Of a DNA stretch of 64,000 nt, positions 9,812-19,113 are shown one piece after another. Positions within the stretch are counted from its first letter, which is position 1, and the number at the start of each line of letters is the position of its first letter. The position numbers were made by a program, and so were the translations under genes. This stretch comes from Alphaproteobacteria bacterium (GTDB lineage Bacteria > Pseudomonadota > Alphaproteobacteria > UBA828), in contig CBDCRW010000002.1 in NCBI GenBank assembly GCA_965221125.1, forward strand, positions 32,001 through 96,000. The letters are read 5' to 3'. The notes below the pieces were generated by a model. The model saw only the letters and a list, made by a program, of their open reading frames with translations, ran no database searches and had not been told where the DNA came from.

Positions 9812-9840
9812 GCCTTGTCACACCTATGCACTAAAGTGCG
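9812..9840 (-). other. Putative MOB-F oriT; nic predicted between 9820 and 9819 on the minus strand
   Basis: Minus strand reads GCACT-TT-AGTGC-ATAGGTGT^GAC: a hairpin plus 8 nt, like R388/F/R46-type nic regions; lies just upstream of the relaxase gene. Confidence 0.7.
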
Positions 9841-10005
9841 AGTTGCCGATAAGTATGGCCAATGCTACAGTCGACGACGCATGGATGTCACGAGTCCATT
9901 GGGTAACGGTCTGAAGCACATGAGCACTCCCTCAATCGCTCTTGGCGCTGCGGCGCTGCCTGCAAGTACGGCCGCCCCGTATCCTCCCAGCAGGGCCACC
10001 GCACC

Positions 10006-13000
10006 GTGGTAGCCACCCTCGCCCAGGCCGCCTCCGCCGCATACTACCTGGAGAGCCAGCGCTCGTTCCGTCATCCCAACGAGTACTACACGGCGGGCGA
10101 GGAGCCGGACGGGGGATGGTTCAATCCTGCGGGCCTGCTCGGCCTCAAGAACGGCGGCAAGGTCGACAGCAGCGATTTCCAGCGTCTCTACAACGGCTTC
10201 GCGCCGGACGGCTCCACCAGGCTCACCAGGAACGCGGGCAGCGAGAGCCGCTCGCCGGGTGTGGACATGACCTTTTCGGCCGACAAGAGCGTGTCCACGC
10301 TTTGGGCCATCGCCGATCCCGAACTGCGTGGCGAAATCGAGCAGGCGCACAACGACGCCGCCCGGGTGGCGCTGGAAGAGACCGTGTTCCGCTACTGCGC
10401 CTATACCCGGATCCGGGACGAGGAGGGTCGCATCAGGGTCCTACCTGCCGACATCTCCGTGGCCATGTTCCAGCACGGCACCAGCCGGGAGAACGACCCG
10501 CAGCTTCACACCCACTGCGTGATCTTCAACGCGGCCCGCACGCACGAGGACGGCAAGTGGCGGGCCATGCACCAGTACCCGGTCTACAGCTGGGCCAAGG
10601 CTGCGGGCGCAGTCTACCGCAATGCCCTCGCCTGGAACCTGCGCGAGCGCCTCGGCATTCGCATGGAGCAGTACGGTCCCAATGCCGAGTACACCCGCAT
10701 CGAGGGCATGCCGGAGGACCTGCAGGCCTTCTGGTCGAAGCGGCGGAAGGCGATCGTCGCCAAGGCCGGAGAGCTGAGCATTCCGTCACTCGGCAATGCC
10801 TCGCGCATGGCCGGCGTCAACAAGCTGACGCGGGCGGGGAAATCCCATGACAACGACCCGGAGGTACGTCATCGACGCTGGCACGAAGAGGCCGGGGGGT
10901 TTGTCGAGCGCGAGGAACTGATCGCCTCCGTGACCGGGCACGAGGTGAAGATCGATCAAGAGGCGATCCGGGCGCTGACCGACCGGCTCGACGCTCTTCC
11001 CGCCCACCTGGCCCGGGAGGAGGCCGTGTTCCGCCGCCCGGACATGGTGGAAGCGGCGGCGAATGCGGCGGCGGGCCTGATCGGCCCCGAAGCCCTGAAG
11101 ACCGCCATCGAGCGGCTGCGCCGCAATTCCGAGATCGAGCGGCTGGAGCCGAAGAAGCCCACACCTGAGTCCAGGGCCGGCATGGTCCACACGGAGGTCT
11201 ATTCCACCCGCCACAACCTCGGGCTGGAACAGGCGGTCAGGGACATGGCCCAGACGATGGCCGTCGATACCGGCCACGGGCTCCCGGAACAGGCGGTCAA
11301 GGAGAAGGTGGAGACTCTGCTAGAGCAGGGATATCCGCTGAGTCAGGAGCAGTCGCTGGCGATCCGTCATGCGACGATAAAGGGCGGCCGCGTGGCGGTG
11401 ATCGAGGGCGCGGCGGGGTCGGGCAAGACCACCACGCTCAGGCCCATCACCGATCTTCACAAGGAGCACGGCTACGAGATTGTGCCCACCGCCGTCGCCT
11501 GGCGGACCGCCGTGGCCCTCGGCGACGACTGCGACGCCCGTGCTTACTGTGTCGACAAGCTGCTGAAGCTTGCGGCGAAGGAGCAAGTCCAGATCGGCGC
11601 CAGGACACTCATCGTGGTGGACGAGGCGGGCATGCTGTCGACGCGGCAGGCCCATCACATCCTGCAGCTCTCCGAGAGGCACGGCGCGAAGGTGGTGTTC
11701 GCCGGCGACACGCGGCAGCAGCAGCCGGTGGAGGCGGGGCCGGGATTGAGACTCATCCGCGACGTCGCCGGCAGCGTTCGCGTGGACCGCATCAGGCGCC
11801 AGAAGGCCGGCCTCGAGGACGTGCTGGTCCATGTGCACAAGGAGACGCCGGAGCGGGCACGCTTCCGGGCGGGGCTGACCAACGCCGAGGAGCGAGACGC
11901 GATCCTCGCCGAGTACGAAGCGATGGACCGAAAGCCGGTGTTCACGCCGTGGCAAGTGGCGGTCTCGGAGGCGCTCAGGGACGGAGAGGCGGAGAAGGCG
12001 ATCGAGGCGTGGCATGTGCGGGGCCGCCTCCATCTCTGCCACGACGAGGAGAAGACCCTCACCCGTCTCGTGGACGACTGGGAGCGCCATGTGCGCGCAG
12101 AGCCCGGCACATCCACCGTCGTGCTCGCGCGCACGAAGGCCGAGGGACGGGCGCTGTCGTGGCTCATGCGGCAGCGCGTGCTTGCGCAGACCCCCGACGC
12201 GAAGCGCGCCGTCATCGAGGTGAGCCGGGACCTGGACGGGCGTGTCACCGAGCCGCTGGAGATCGCGGTGGGCGACCGCATCCGCATCGGCGCCACGCAG
12301 TGGGAGAAACAGCTCTTCAACGGCACCGTAGTCACGGTTGAGAACCTGGAGGTCAGGCCCGCGGAAGCCGAAGCGGTGTCGCGAAAGGCCCGGAACCGGC
12401 AAGCCGGCGGGCGCACGCCGGAGCCGGACAGCGGAGCTTCCGAGCCCGAGTATTCCGTCCACATCGCGGCGCGGACCGACGACGGCAGGCGGGTCACGTT
12501 CCGGCACGACGAGATCCGCGACTGGCACGACAACATCCGTCTCGACTACGGCTACGCCATGACCATCGCCTCCGCCCAGGGACTGACCGTGGATCGGGCC
12601 TTCCTGCTGGCCGACGATCGGCCGGCGCGGGAGACGATTTATCCGGCCGCCACCCGGCATCGCGAGGCGCTCGACATCTACGTCAACCGTGCGCCGCTCG
12701 CCTTCGACATCGCCGAGCACCGGCCCGAGGACGAGGCGGAGCGGCCGGTGCTGGACAGCGACGTCCGGGCCTATCTGGCCGAGCGCTGGTCGCGCTCGCA
12801 GCCCAAGGAGGCGGCTCTCGACTACGTCTCCGACGGCATGTGGCGGGATGCGCGGGAGGACGCGCAGCATCACGGGCGCGGCGCCGGAGAGGCGCAGCAA
12901 GGGGCGGCCGAGGCCCACGCTGCCGCCAACGACAACGCGATCGTGCGCATCGCCCAGGAAATCCGTCACGCGGTCAACGGTTGGCGCCACGGCGCAGACG

Positions 13001-14106
13001 TCGACGCGTTCGCGGCGGAGCGCGCGGAGGTCCTGGCGGCGTGGGACGAGCTGCGCGAGCGGGCCCGCGACCAGGGCGACGCGGTGGCGCTGAGCCCCGC
13101 CTTCCGCGACACCCTGGACAGGCACGGTGCGCTGATGAAGCAGGCAAGAATGTTCCGTGCCAGGCCGCAAGTGTATGAGCGCCTGCTGGCCGAGCGCGCC
13201 GGCATCGGGGAAACCGAGCTGCAAGAGCTGCGCGACGTCCATGCCCGCGCCGGCAGCTACCTGCGCTCGGTCAGCGTCAGGACGGCTTCCGCGGCGCGTC
13301 ACGCCGCGCAGCCCGAGGAATCAAGAACCAAGACCGTTCTGGCGGATGCGCCGGTTCATACCCCCGAGCCGCCCGTCGAGGAACACGCACAGGTCCAGCC
13401 GAGCGAGCCGGCCGCTCCCAACAGCAAACACGACGACGAAACCACCTGGGAAGTCCTGTACGACCGGTTGGAGCGCGACTGGAACCATCTTGTCGCCGGC
13501 GCCAACCGGGCCGGACTGCCGCTTCCCCTCGTTCGTGGATACGACGAACTGATCGGGCGCGTGCGGGACCTCGCCAAGCATCCGCGACTCCCCTCAACGG
13601 AGCACCGGGAACTGACAGGGCTGCTGGACTACCACCGCACGGAGACGGCCGCGCGCATCGCCGTCCATGACTACCTCGCGGCGGCGGAGCGTCACGTGAA
13701 AGCCTGCGAGCCCCTCCAGCGGGAAGCCGAAAGCCAGGGCGTGCATATTTCCGAGGTCGCCGGTTGGACGGATTGGCAGAAAAAGGCTCAACGTCTTGAA
13801 AAGGCAGGCAGTGCCATTCTCACGGACGAGGAAACCTACGGTGCCTGGCTCGATGCCGTTGCCGCCGGAAAGCCCCGCGCCCGCTTGACCGTCGACCAGT
13901 TGCGCAGCCGCATCGAGGACGGGCGTGTCAAGGCAGCCGAGGCGGAGAAACGGGGGCCCCGTCGCGACCCCGCGCCCAAGCGGCAGGAAGGTATCGCCTA
14001 CATCCTCGACGACCCAGAGAGGCTCCGCGAACTGCGGGAGCAACTCAAGAAGCGCGGGCGCAAGGTCGGTCGGCAGCACAGGAGGGGCCGCGGTCTAGGC
14101 ATGTAA
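10006..14106 (+). CDS. mobF: MOB-F (TrwC/TraI-like) relaxase-helicase
   Basis: N-terminal YY...EYY; DMTFSADKSVS; HGTSRENDPQLHTH (HUH); helicase GAAGSGKTT, VVDEAGM, GDTRQ, YAMTIASAQGLTVD. Confidence 0.93.
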   Translation: MVATLAQAASAAYYLESQRSFRHPNEYYTAGEEPDGGWFNPAGLLGLKNGGKVDSSDFQRLYNGFAPDGSTRLTRNAGSESRSPGVDMTFSADKSVSTLWAIADPELRGEIEQAHNDAARVALEETVFRYCAYTRIRDEEGRIRVLPADISVAMFQHGTSRENDPQLHTHCVIFNAARTHEDGKWRAMHQYPVYSWAKAAGAVYRNALAWNLRERLGIRMEQYGPNAEYTRIEGMPEDLQAFWSKRRKAIVAKAGELSIPSLGNASRMAGVNKLTRAGKSHDNDPEVRHRRWHEEAGGFVEREELIASVTGHEVKIDQEAIRALTDRLDALPAHLAREEAVFRRPDMVEAAANAAAGLIGPEALKTAIERLRRNSEIERLEPKKPTPESRAGMVHTEVYSTRHNLGLEQAVRDMAQTMAVDTGHGLPEQAVKEKVETLLEQGYPLSQEQSLAIRHATIKGGRVAVIEGAAGSGKTTTLRPITDLHKEHGYEIVPTAVAWRTAVALGDDCDARAYCVDKLLKLAAKEQVQIGARTLIVVDEAGMLSTRQAHHILQLSERHGAKVVFAGDTRQQQPVEAGPGLRLIRDVAGSVRVDRIRRQKAGLEDVLVHVHKETPERARFRAGLTNAEERDAILAEYEAMDRKPVFTPWQVAVSEALRDGEAEKAIEAWHVRGRLHLCHDEEKTLTRLVDDWERHVRAEPGTSTVVLARTKAEGRALSWLMRQRVLAQTPDAKRAVIEVSRDLDGRVTEPLEIAVGDRIRIGATQWEKQLFNGTVVTVENLEVRPAEAEAVSRKARNRQAGGRTPEPDSGASEPEYSVHIAARTDDGRRVTFRHDEIRDWHDNIRLDYGYAMTIASAQGLTVDRAFLLADDRPARETIYPAATRHREALDIYVNRAPLAFDIAEHRPEDEAERPVLDSDVRAYLAERWSRSQPKEAALDYVSDGMWRDAREDAQHHGRGAGEAQQGAAEAHAAANDNAIVRIAQEIRHAVNGWRHGADVDAFAAERAEVLAAWDELRERARDQGDAVALSPAFRDTLDRHGALMKQARMFRARPQVYERLLAERAGIGETELQELRDVHARAGSYLRSVSVRTASAARHAAQPEESRTKTVLADAPVHTPEPPVEEHAQVQPSEPAAPNSKHDDETTWEVLYDRLERDWNHLVAGANRAGLPLPLVRGYDELIGRVRDLAKHPRLPSTEHRELTGLLDYHRTETAARIAVHDYLAAAERHVKACEPLQREAESQGVHISEVAGWTDWQKKAQRLEKAGSAILTDEETYGAWLDAVAAGKPRARLTVDQLRSRIEDGRVKAAEAEKRGPRRDPAPKRQEGIAYILDDPERLRELREQLKKRGRKVGRQHRRGRGLGM

Positions 14107-14298
14107 CCCCAACTCTGCCAACCGAGTCCTGGCAAGATCCACATGCTCTCGCCCGCTCCGTTCGAGAAAACCTGCCCAAATTTCCGACTGCCGCGTACCA
14201 TTGGAGTAGAATCGAGAAGGCTCTTCGCGGCAGCTGCGTCACAAGACTCTCATATAGTCGTCGCGAAGCCCACTCGCAGCAGCCTGATAGCAGCGGAC

Positions 14299-14487
14299 TT
14301 AGTCCTTAGCGATTTTGTCAGAAAGCCGGTCCTGGACGGCCTTTCGAATGCGAATGTGCCCCAAATCATCGAGCACTGTTTGCAACTGTTCGCCATCTTT
14401 TGGATCGAGCAGACGCTGCGCAGCGTTATCTGAACTGAGCAACGCCAGTAGATTGACAGCTGCGTGATGGTCACGATCTGCAAGGTG
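14299..14487 (-). pseudogene. Detached C-terminal 62 codons of the nuclease-STAND gene
   Basis: Removing 14493-19113 and one ATAGG copy joins ...LLGAY to HLADRDHH...KIAKD* in frame. Confidence 0.85.
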
Positions 14488-14897
14488 ATAGGTGTTGTTT
14501 CGCACGTTATTTGACGCCGAATCTCCCAGATTATTTGACGTGATCGCTGCCCTGATTTCCCAGATTGCTCGGTCTTTTCCGGATCGAAGCGTAGGAGCTC
14601 ATGGTCTCTGCGGGCGGTCCGGGGTCGCTGTCTGATTGAGGTTTGGACTGGTGCTTGAGGAGAGCTGACGAGGTGTCGCGCGGCCGTCGGCGCGTCAAGC
14701 GGCTGCGCCGCTCCTGCGCTTCGCTTCGGCCCTTCGGGTGACTCGCCACCGTCCACACGACGAAGTGCTGCCATGGCCTGAAGCAAGCTTCCGGCCACGG
14801 ACTGGCCGCTCACCTGACGTAGTATCCCGGTGGAGGCGCAGCGCCTTCCGGACCGTTGGGGAAGGGTGGTTCCCGACGGCGGTTCCGGCTCGAACCC

Positions 14898-15938
14898 CTA
14901 GGCGTTGGCGGAACCGGGCTCCGGGAACCGCGGGGCCTGCGGCCGACTGCTGCCGTTGGCGGCGGCGGCCGCCGCCCGCTTGTCCGCTGCGCCTGCGACG
15001 ACGCTGTAGCCGCCCTCGGCGTTGCGCGCGACGCGACCCTCCTGGACGAGCTTTTGCAAGATTACGCCGACGGTCTTGTGCCGGGTCGCGGCGCGTTCCC
15101 GGATCTGGCGTTGCGAGAGCGGCGCCCCGGCGTCGGCGAGCGCCTTGAGAACGCGGCATTCGGGTGTTTCGGGCTGAGGCGCCCCGCCGCCGGCCGTGGG
15201 CGGCTGGCGCAGCCGGAAGGAGGGCTCCTCTCCGTCTTCCTTGAGCTCGATCTCGATGTCGTCGAGACCGCGTGCGGCGCGATGCTCGACGGTCATGAGG
15301 GTCTGCCGGTCCCGGCGGCGCAGGTAGAGGTTCGAGTCCCCCCAGGCGTGCAGCTCACTGCTGCCCCGCAGGGCCTGCCCCGGCCTCGTGGCCCCGCTCT
15401 TGCGGGCGTGGTGGACGAGGAGGACGGCGGTCTCGAAGCGGCGTTGCAGGTCGCGCAGGAAGCCGAGGATCGGGGCGACGTCCGCAACCGTGTTCTCGTC
15501 CACGCCGTGCAGGCGGACCAGGGGGTCGAGGACCACGAGGCGCGGTGCGATGCGCTCCACGGTCTGCTGCAGGCGGCGGCGGTCGTCGAGATGGTCGAGG
15601 CGCAGTGTGGGCACGTCGATGACGGCGATGTCGAGGGTCTCGAAGCGGGCGCCTGCGGCGCGGGCGATCCCCTGCAGGCGCTTGCGCACGAGGTGGCCGG
15701 CGTCTTCTGCGGCGAACAGCAGGACCGGGCCAGGCCGGGCCGGGGCGAAGTGCCGCAGGCATGGGACGCCGGCGGCGACTGCGACCGCGAGGTCCAGCGC
15801 CAGGATGGACTTGCCGCACTTCGGCTCGCCGCCGACGATGCCGACGGCCTGCTCGCCCCATAGCGTGTCCACCAGCCATTGCTGCTCGCGCGGCCGCTCC
15901 TCCAGCTCGATCGGGGCGCGGGTCGGGAAGCCGGTCAT
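14898..15938 (-). CDS. AAA_25 / RSF1010 RepA-like RecA-fold helicase-ATPase with C-terminal HTH
   Basis: ATGA coupling to the upstream gene; GGEPKCGKS, VLLFAAED, LVVLDPL, LLVHHARK, LRGSSELHAWGD. Confidence 0.85.
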   Translation of the reverse strand: MTGFPTRAPIELEERPREQQWLVDTLWGEQAVGIVGGEPKCGKSILALDLAVAVAAGVPCLRHFAPARPGPVLLFAAEDAGHLVRKRLQGIARAAGARFETLDIAVIDVPTLRLDHLDDRRRLQQTVERIAPRLVVLDPLVRLHGVDENTVADVAPILGFLRDLQRRFETAVLLVHHARKSGATRPGQALRGSSELHAWGDSNLYLRRRDRQTLMTVEHRAARGLDDIEIELKEDGEEPSFRLRQPPTAGGGAPQPETPECRVLKALADAGAPLSQRQIRERAATRHKTVGVILQKLVQEGRVARNAEGGYSVVAGAADKRAAAAAANGSSRPQAPRFPEPGSANA

Positions 15939-16738
15939 GGCCGCAGTTCCTCGAGCGCGTGCTGCAGGTGGTCGGCACTGACGGTCCTCGCCTCGTCGAG
16001 AGCGGCGGCGGAGAGCGCGTAGTGGGCGATGCGGTTGATCTGGCGCGGCAGGCCGCGCGCGCCCTGGAACAGGGCCTCGACGGCGGGCTCTTCGAACAGC
16101 GGCAGTTCGCATCCCGCGAGCCTGAGGCGGTGCTTGATGTAAGCGTCGACCTCGTCGCGGTCGAGACCGCTCAGGTGGTGGCGGACGACGAGGCGCTGGC
16201 TGAGGGATTCGTGCATGGCCATGGCCAGGCGGCGCCTGAGCTCGGTCAGACCGACGAGGACGAGGCACAGGCGCTGCTCTGCATCCATGGCGAAGTTGGT
16301 GAGCAGGCGCAGGTCCTCAAGGACGTCGTTGCGCAGATGATGGGCCTCGTCGATGACGAGGACCGGCAGCTGCTTGGCCTCGGTGACGAGGCGGGAGATC
16401 TCGTTTCGGATGGCCTGATAGGCCGAGGCGCGGGAGCGCTCGATGGGCAGGCCGATCTCCCACGCGATCGCCTTGTACATGTCGAGCACGTTGCCCGTGG
16501 TCAGCGAGACGTAGTGGACCCGGTAGAGGCCTGGATGAAGCTGCGCGGTCAGATGCCGGCACACGGTGGTCTTGCCGGAGCCCACCTCGCCGGTGAGCAG
16601 GCCGATGCCGCGCAGGTCGATGAGGTGGCCGAGCCTGGCCTCGGCCTCGCGGCGCGCGTTGGACTCGAACAGCTCGTCGGTCTCTGCCGGGGTCTCGAAG
16701 GGCAGGCGGGTGAAGGCGAAGTGGCGCAGGTACATCAC
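15935..16738 (-). CDS. ExeA-family AAA+ ATPase (transposition helper, TnsC/IstB-like role)
   Basis: GEVGSGKTT, LVIDEAHHL, LVLVG, GLPRQINRIA; coupled to the transposase. Confidence 0.88.
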   Translation of the reverse strand: MMYLRHFAFTRLPFETPAETDELFESNARREAEARLGHLIDLRGIGLLTGEVGSGKTTVCRHLTAQLHPGLYRVHYVSLTTGNVLDMYKAIAWEIGLPIERSRASAYQAIRNEISRLVTEAKQLPVLVIDEAHHLRNDVLEDLRLLTNFAMDAEQRLCLVLVGLTELRRRLAMAMHESLSQRLVVRHHLSGLDRDEVDAYIKHRLRLAGCELPLFEEPAVEALFQGARGLPRQINRIAHYALSAAALDEARTVSADHLQHALEELRP

Positions 16739-18063
16739 TCGTCCTCCTTCTTGTCCTTGAGGTTGCGCATGGCCAGCGGCGAGGGCGGAGGCTCGGGCGC
16801 CGGATCTTCGGCCTCGATCTCCCTGGCCGGGTAGGTGCGCCTGACGGCGGTATTGGCGTAGGCGTCGAGAGGGCTGGCCTTGCCGGCCGGCTTGCCGTCA
16901 TGGACCACGTCGAGAGGGCGCGAGGGCGGCGCGGCCGGGTCGTAGCGCAGGATGACGTTCTGACCCACCAGGAGGGCGTCGACCTCGTAGACGCGGCCGT
17001 TCAGACTAACGGTGCGGTCCTTGTAGACACGGCGCCTGGCCTCGAAGAGGAACAGATCGTCGAGGTCCATGGTGGCGTCGGGATAGCGCACGCCGGCCGA
17101 GGCCAGCGCCCACTGCTCAAGCGGGGTGCGCCCCTCGTCGAGGCCACGATGCGGGCTGTTGTGATACTCCCCCTCGATCCAGGCCCAGAGGCTGCGGTTG
17201 AGCGCCTCCAGGCTGTCGACGTCATCGCCGAGGTGGCGGAGCCAGCCGGCCCGGAGGGTGCGGAAGAAGCGCTCGATCTTACCCTTTCCCGCTGGCTGGA
17301 ACGCCCTTGCGTGAATCAACGCAACGCCGAGCCTGGCGCAGACCAGGGAGAGATGACGGGAGCGGTAGGCGCTTCCGTTGTCGACGTACAAGCGGGCCGG
17401 GAGGCCGCGCCGGATCAGCGCGTCCTTGAACACCGGCAGGAACGCCGCAGTGTTCTCCGCCATGGCGAAGGCGGCGAACGGGATGACGCGGGTGGCGTCG
17501 TCGATGAAGGCGATCAGGTAGGTCTTGCGCCGGGTTCGGCCGTGCCGGACCTTGGGTCCGTGCATGACGTCGCTCATCCACATCTCGCCGGCATGCCGGA
17601 AGGCGAAGCGGCGGCGATCCGCCCCGTCGGGCGGCTTCTTGTCGAACAGGCCCTCGCGGCTGAAGAGGCGGTGCACGGTGGACGAGGCGAGCGGGTGGTC
17701 GATACCCTCCTCCTTGACCTTCTGGATGATGGCGCGAACCGACAATGCGTCGTTCTCGGTCTTCAGCGCGATGAGGCGCTCGGCGACCTCGGGCGGCAGC
17801 CGCCGGGGCTTCCCCCGGTCGGTGCGGGGCTTGGGGTAGAGCGCGTCGAAGCCGCCGTAGCGGTAGTCCTTGATCCAGCGCCGCATGGTCTCGGCGGCGA
17901 CCCGGGTCCTGGTGGTTCCGGGGATCGTGTAGGTCTTCTCGGCTTTGGCGCGCATCATCGCGCCGGCACCCGGTGCACCCACGGGCAGATGCACCAGATC
18001 GGCGATGACGTCGTATCGGAAGAGCGCGATCTGTTGGCGAAGGTCGTCGTCTGAGCTGTTCAT
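16735..18063 (-). CDS. DDE-type transposase (rve core, Mu-like C-terminus)
   Basis: WMSDVMHG, IAFIDDATR, LYVDNGSAY, GKGKIERFFRT; N-terminal HTH. Confidence 0.92.
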   Translation of the reverse strand: MNSSDDDLRQQIALFRYDVIADLVHLPVGAPGAGAMMRAKAEKTYTIPGTTRTRVAAETMRRWIKDYRYGGFDALYPKPRTDRGKPRRLPPEVAERLIALKTENDALSVRAIIQKVKEEGIDHPLASSTVHRLFSREGLFDKKPPDGADRRRFAFRHAGEMWMSDVMHGPKVRHGRTRRKTYLIAFIDDATRVIPFAAFAMAENTAAFLPVFKDALIRRGLPARLYVDNGSAYRSRHLSLVCARLGVALIHARAFQPAGKGKIERFFRTLRAGWLRHLGDDVDSLEALNRSLWAWIEGEYHNSPHRGLDEGRTPLEQWALASAGVRYPDATMDLDDLFLFEARRRVYKDRTVSLNGRVYEVDALLVGQNVILRYDPAAPPSRPLDVVHDGKPAGKASPLDAYANTAVRRTYPAREIEAEDPAPEPPPSPLAMRNLKDKKEDE

Positions 18064-18108
18064 GGTGCGATCCTCGTTCAGGGACTCCCTGGCCCCGGGA
18101 TCGTCACG

Positions 18109-18744
18109 CTACGAACTCTCCGGCGGCGGGTCCGGCCCCGCCCGTTGTTGGAACTGCGGTTTGCGATTCCCCACGTCGATGCCGTGGGGTTGGAAGCCCA
18201 GAGGCGCGGGTAGCGTCCGGAGCTGCCCGGCGACCAGGCCGCGCAGTTCCATCAACGCGCTGTCGCTCTTCAGACGCTCGCGCACCGCGCTCATGGTGGG
18301 CGCGCAGCCCGCGAGCAGGTCGGGGATCAGGCCGATGACGCGCACAAGCGCGTCGTGCACAAGCTTCAGCCTGCGGCGGATCCAACGCACGGCGCCGGGA
18401 AGCTCGATGGCGTCCTCGTCCTCGGGGCAGCGCACCTCGTCCGCTGCCTCCTCCAGGCTGCCGGCCTCCTCCGCCACGACAACAACCGCTTCCAGCGCAT
18501 CGAGCGTGCCCGGCAGCCGCGCCGCCAGACAGTCGGCCAGCAGGCCGATGGTCGTATGGCTCTCACGGCAATACCAGCGAGGAACCCTTGCGCCGGGCGG
18601 GGTCTTCCGCTCGTAGGTGCCGTGGCTTGCCACAGAACATCCGCCGTGCGGGTGATTCGGGCAGCGCTCAAGCCTTGCGTCGCGCCACGCCTCGGTCTTA
18701 ACGTATTCCTCGCTGGTGAGCCCCGTTTCGTAGCGAAGCTGCAC
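18109..18744 (-). CDS. Transposon-associated Cys/His-containing protein
   Basis: CPNHPHGGC...HGTYERK...RWYC; first gene of the transposon operon. Confidence 0.7.
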   Translation of the reverse strand: MQLRYETGLTSEEYVKTEAWRDARLERCPNHPHGGCSVASHGTYERKTPPGARVPRWYCRESHTTIGLLADCLAARLPGTLDALEAVVVVAEEAGSLEEAADEVRCPEDEDAIELPGAVRWIRRRLKLVHDALVRVIGLIPDLLAGCAPTMSAVRERLKSDSALMELRGLVAGQLRTLPAPLGFQPHGIDVGNRKPQFQQRAGPDPPPESS

Positions 18745-18833
18745 CGGCCCTGGCCCGGCGGGAGTTCCGTCCCCCGGGCCTCTCTTTGTCGTTCAGTGAG
18801 AGGCCAAGATTACGGACGCTCCCCGCCGCCGCC

Positions 18834-18967
18834 AAGCTGTGGAGCCGTGGACGCGTCCTGCGGACCGATCGGCGTCCTGCGGACCGTGTGGACAGCCCGT
18901 GGACAAGCTGGCGCTTGCCCACCGCCTGACCACACTCGCCGATCTCGCGCCCACCGCTCCACAGCTT
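18834..18967. other. Nested stem-loop in the transposon 5' non-coding region
   Basis: AAGCTGTGGAGC...GCTCCACAGCTT outer arms; inner GTGTGG...GTGGACAAGC/GCTTGCCCAC...CCACAC. Confidence 0.65.
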
Positions 18968-19113
18968 CAACAGCAATGAGGATTCTGCTGAGGATCAAAA
19001 AAATGCCGCAGGCAGCGTCCTTCCCGCACTCGGCCACCATCCCGGGAAATCCACCAACCAATCAAAGTGAGAAAAAAACCCGTGCTTCTATCCGGCTAGA
19101 CCGGAAAACAACA

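Larger units (their letters stand above)
14493..19113 (-). mobile_element. Four-gene DDE transposon (4621 bp) with TGTTGTTT/AAACAACA ends and 5-bp TSD ATAGG
   Basis: ATAGG at 14488-14492 and 19114-19118; 8-bp terminal inverted repeat; repeated TTATTTGACG and TCCCAGATT motifs inside the left end; the interrupted gene is restored in frame. Confidence 0.9.

Noticed and set aside
14493-19113. Tn7-like CAST or TnsD-targeted element
   Set aside because: No TniQ/TnsD, TnsA, Cas genes or array between the ends.
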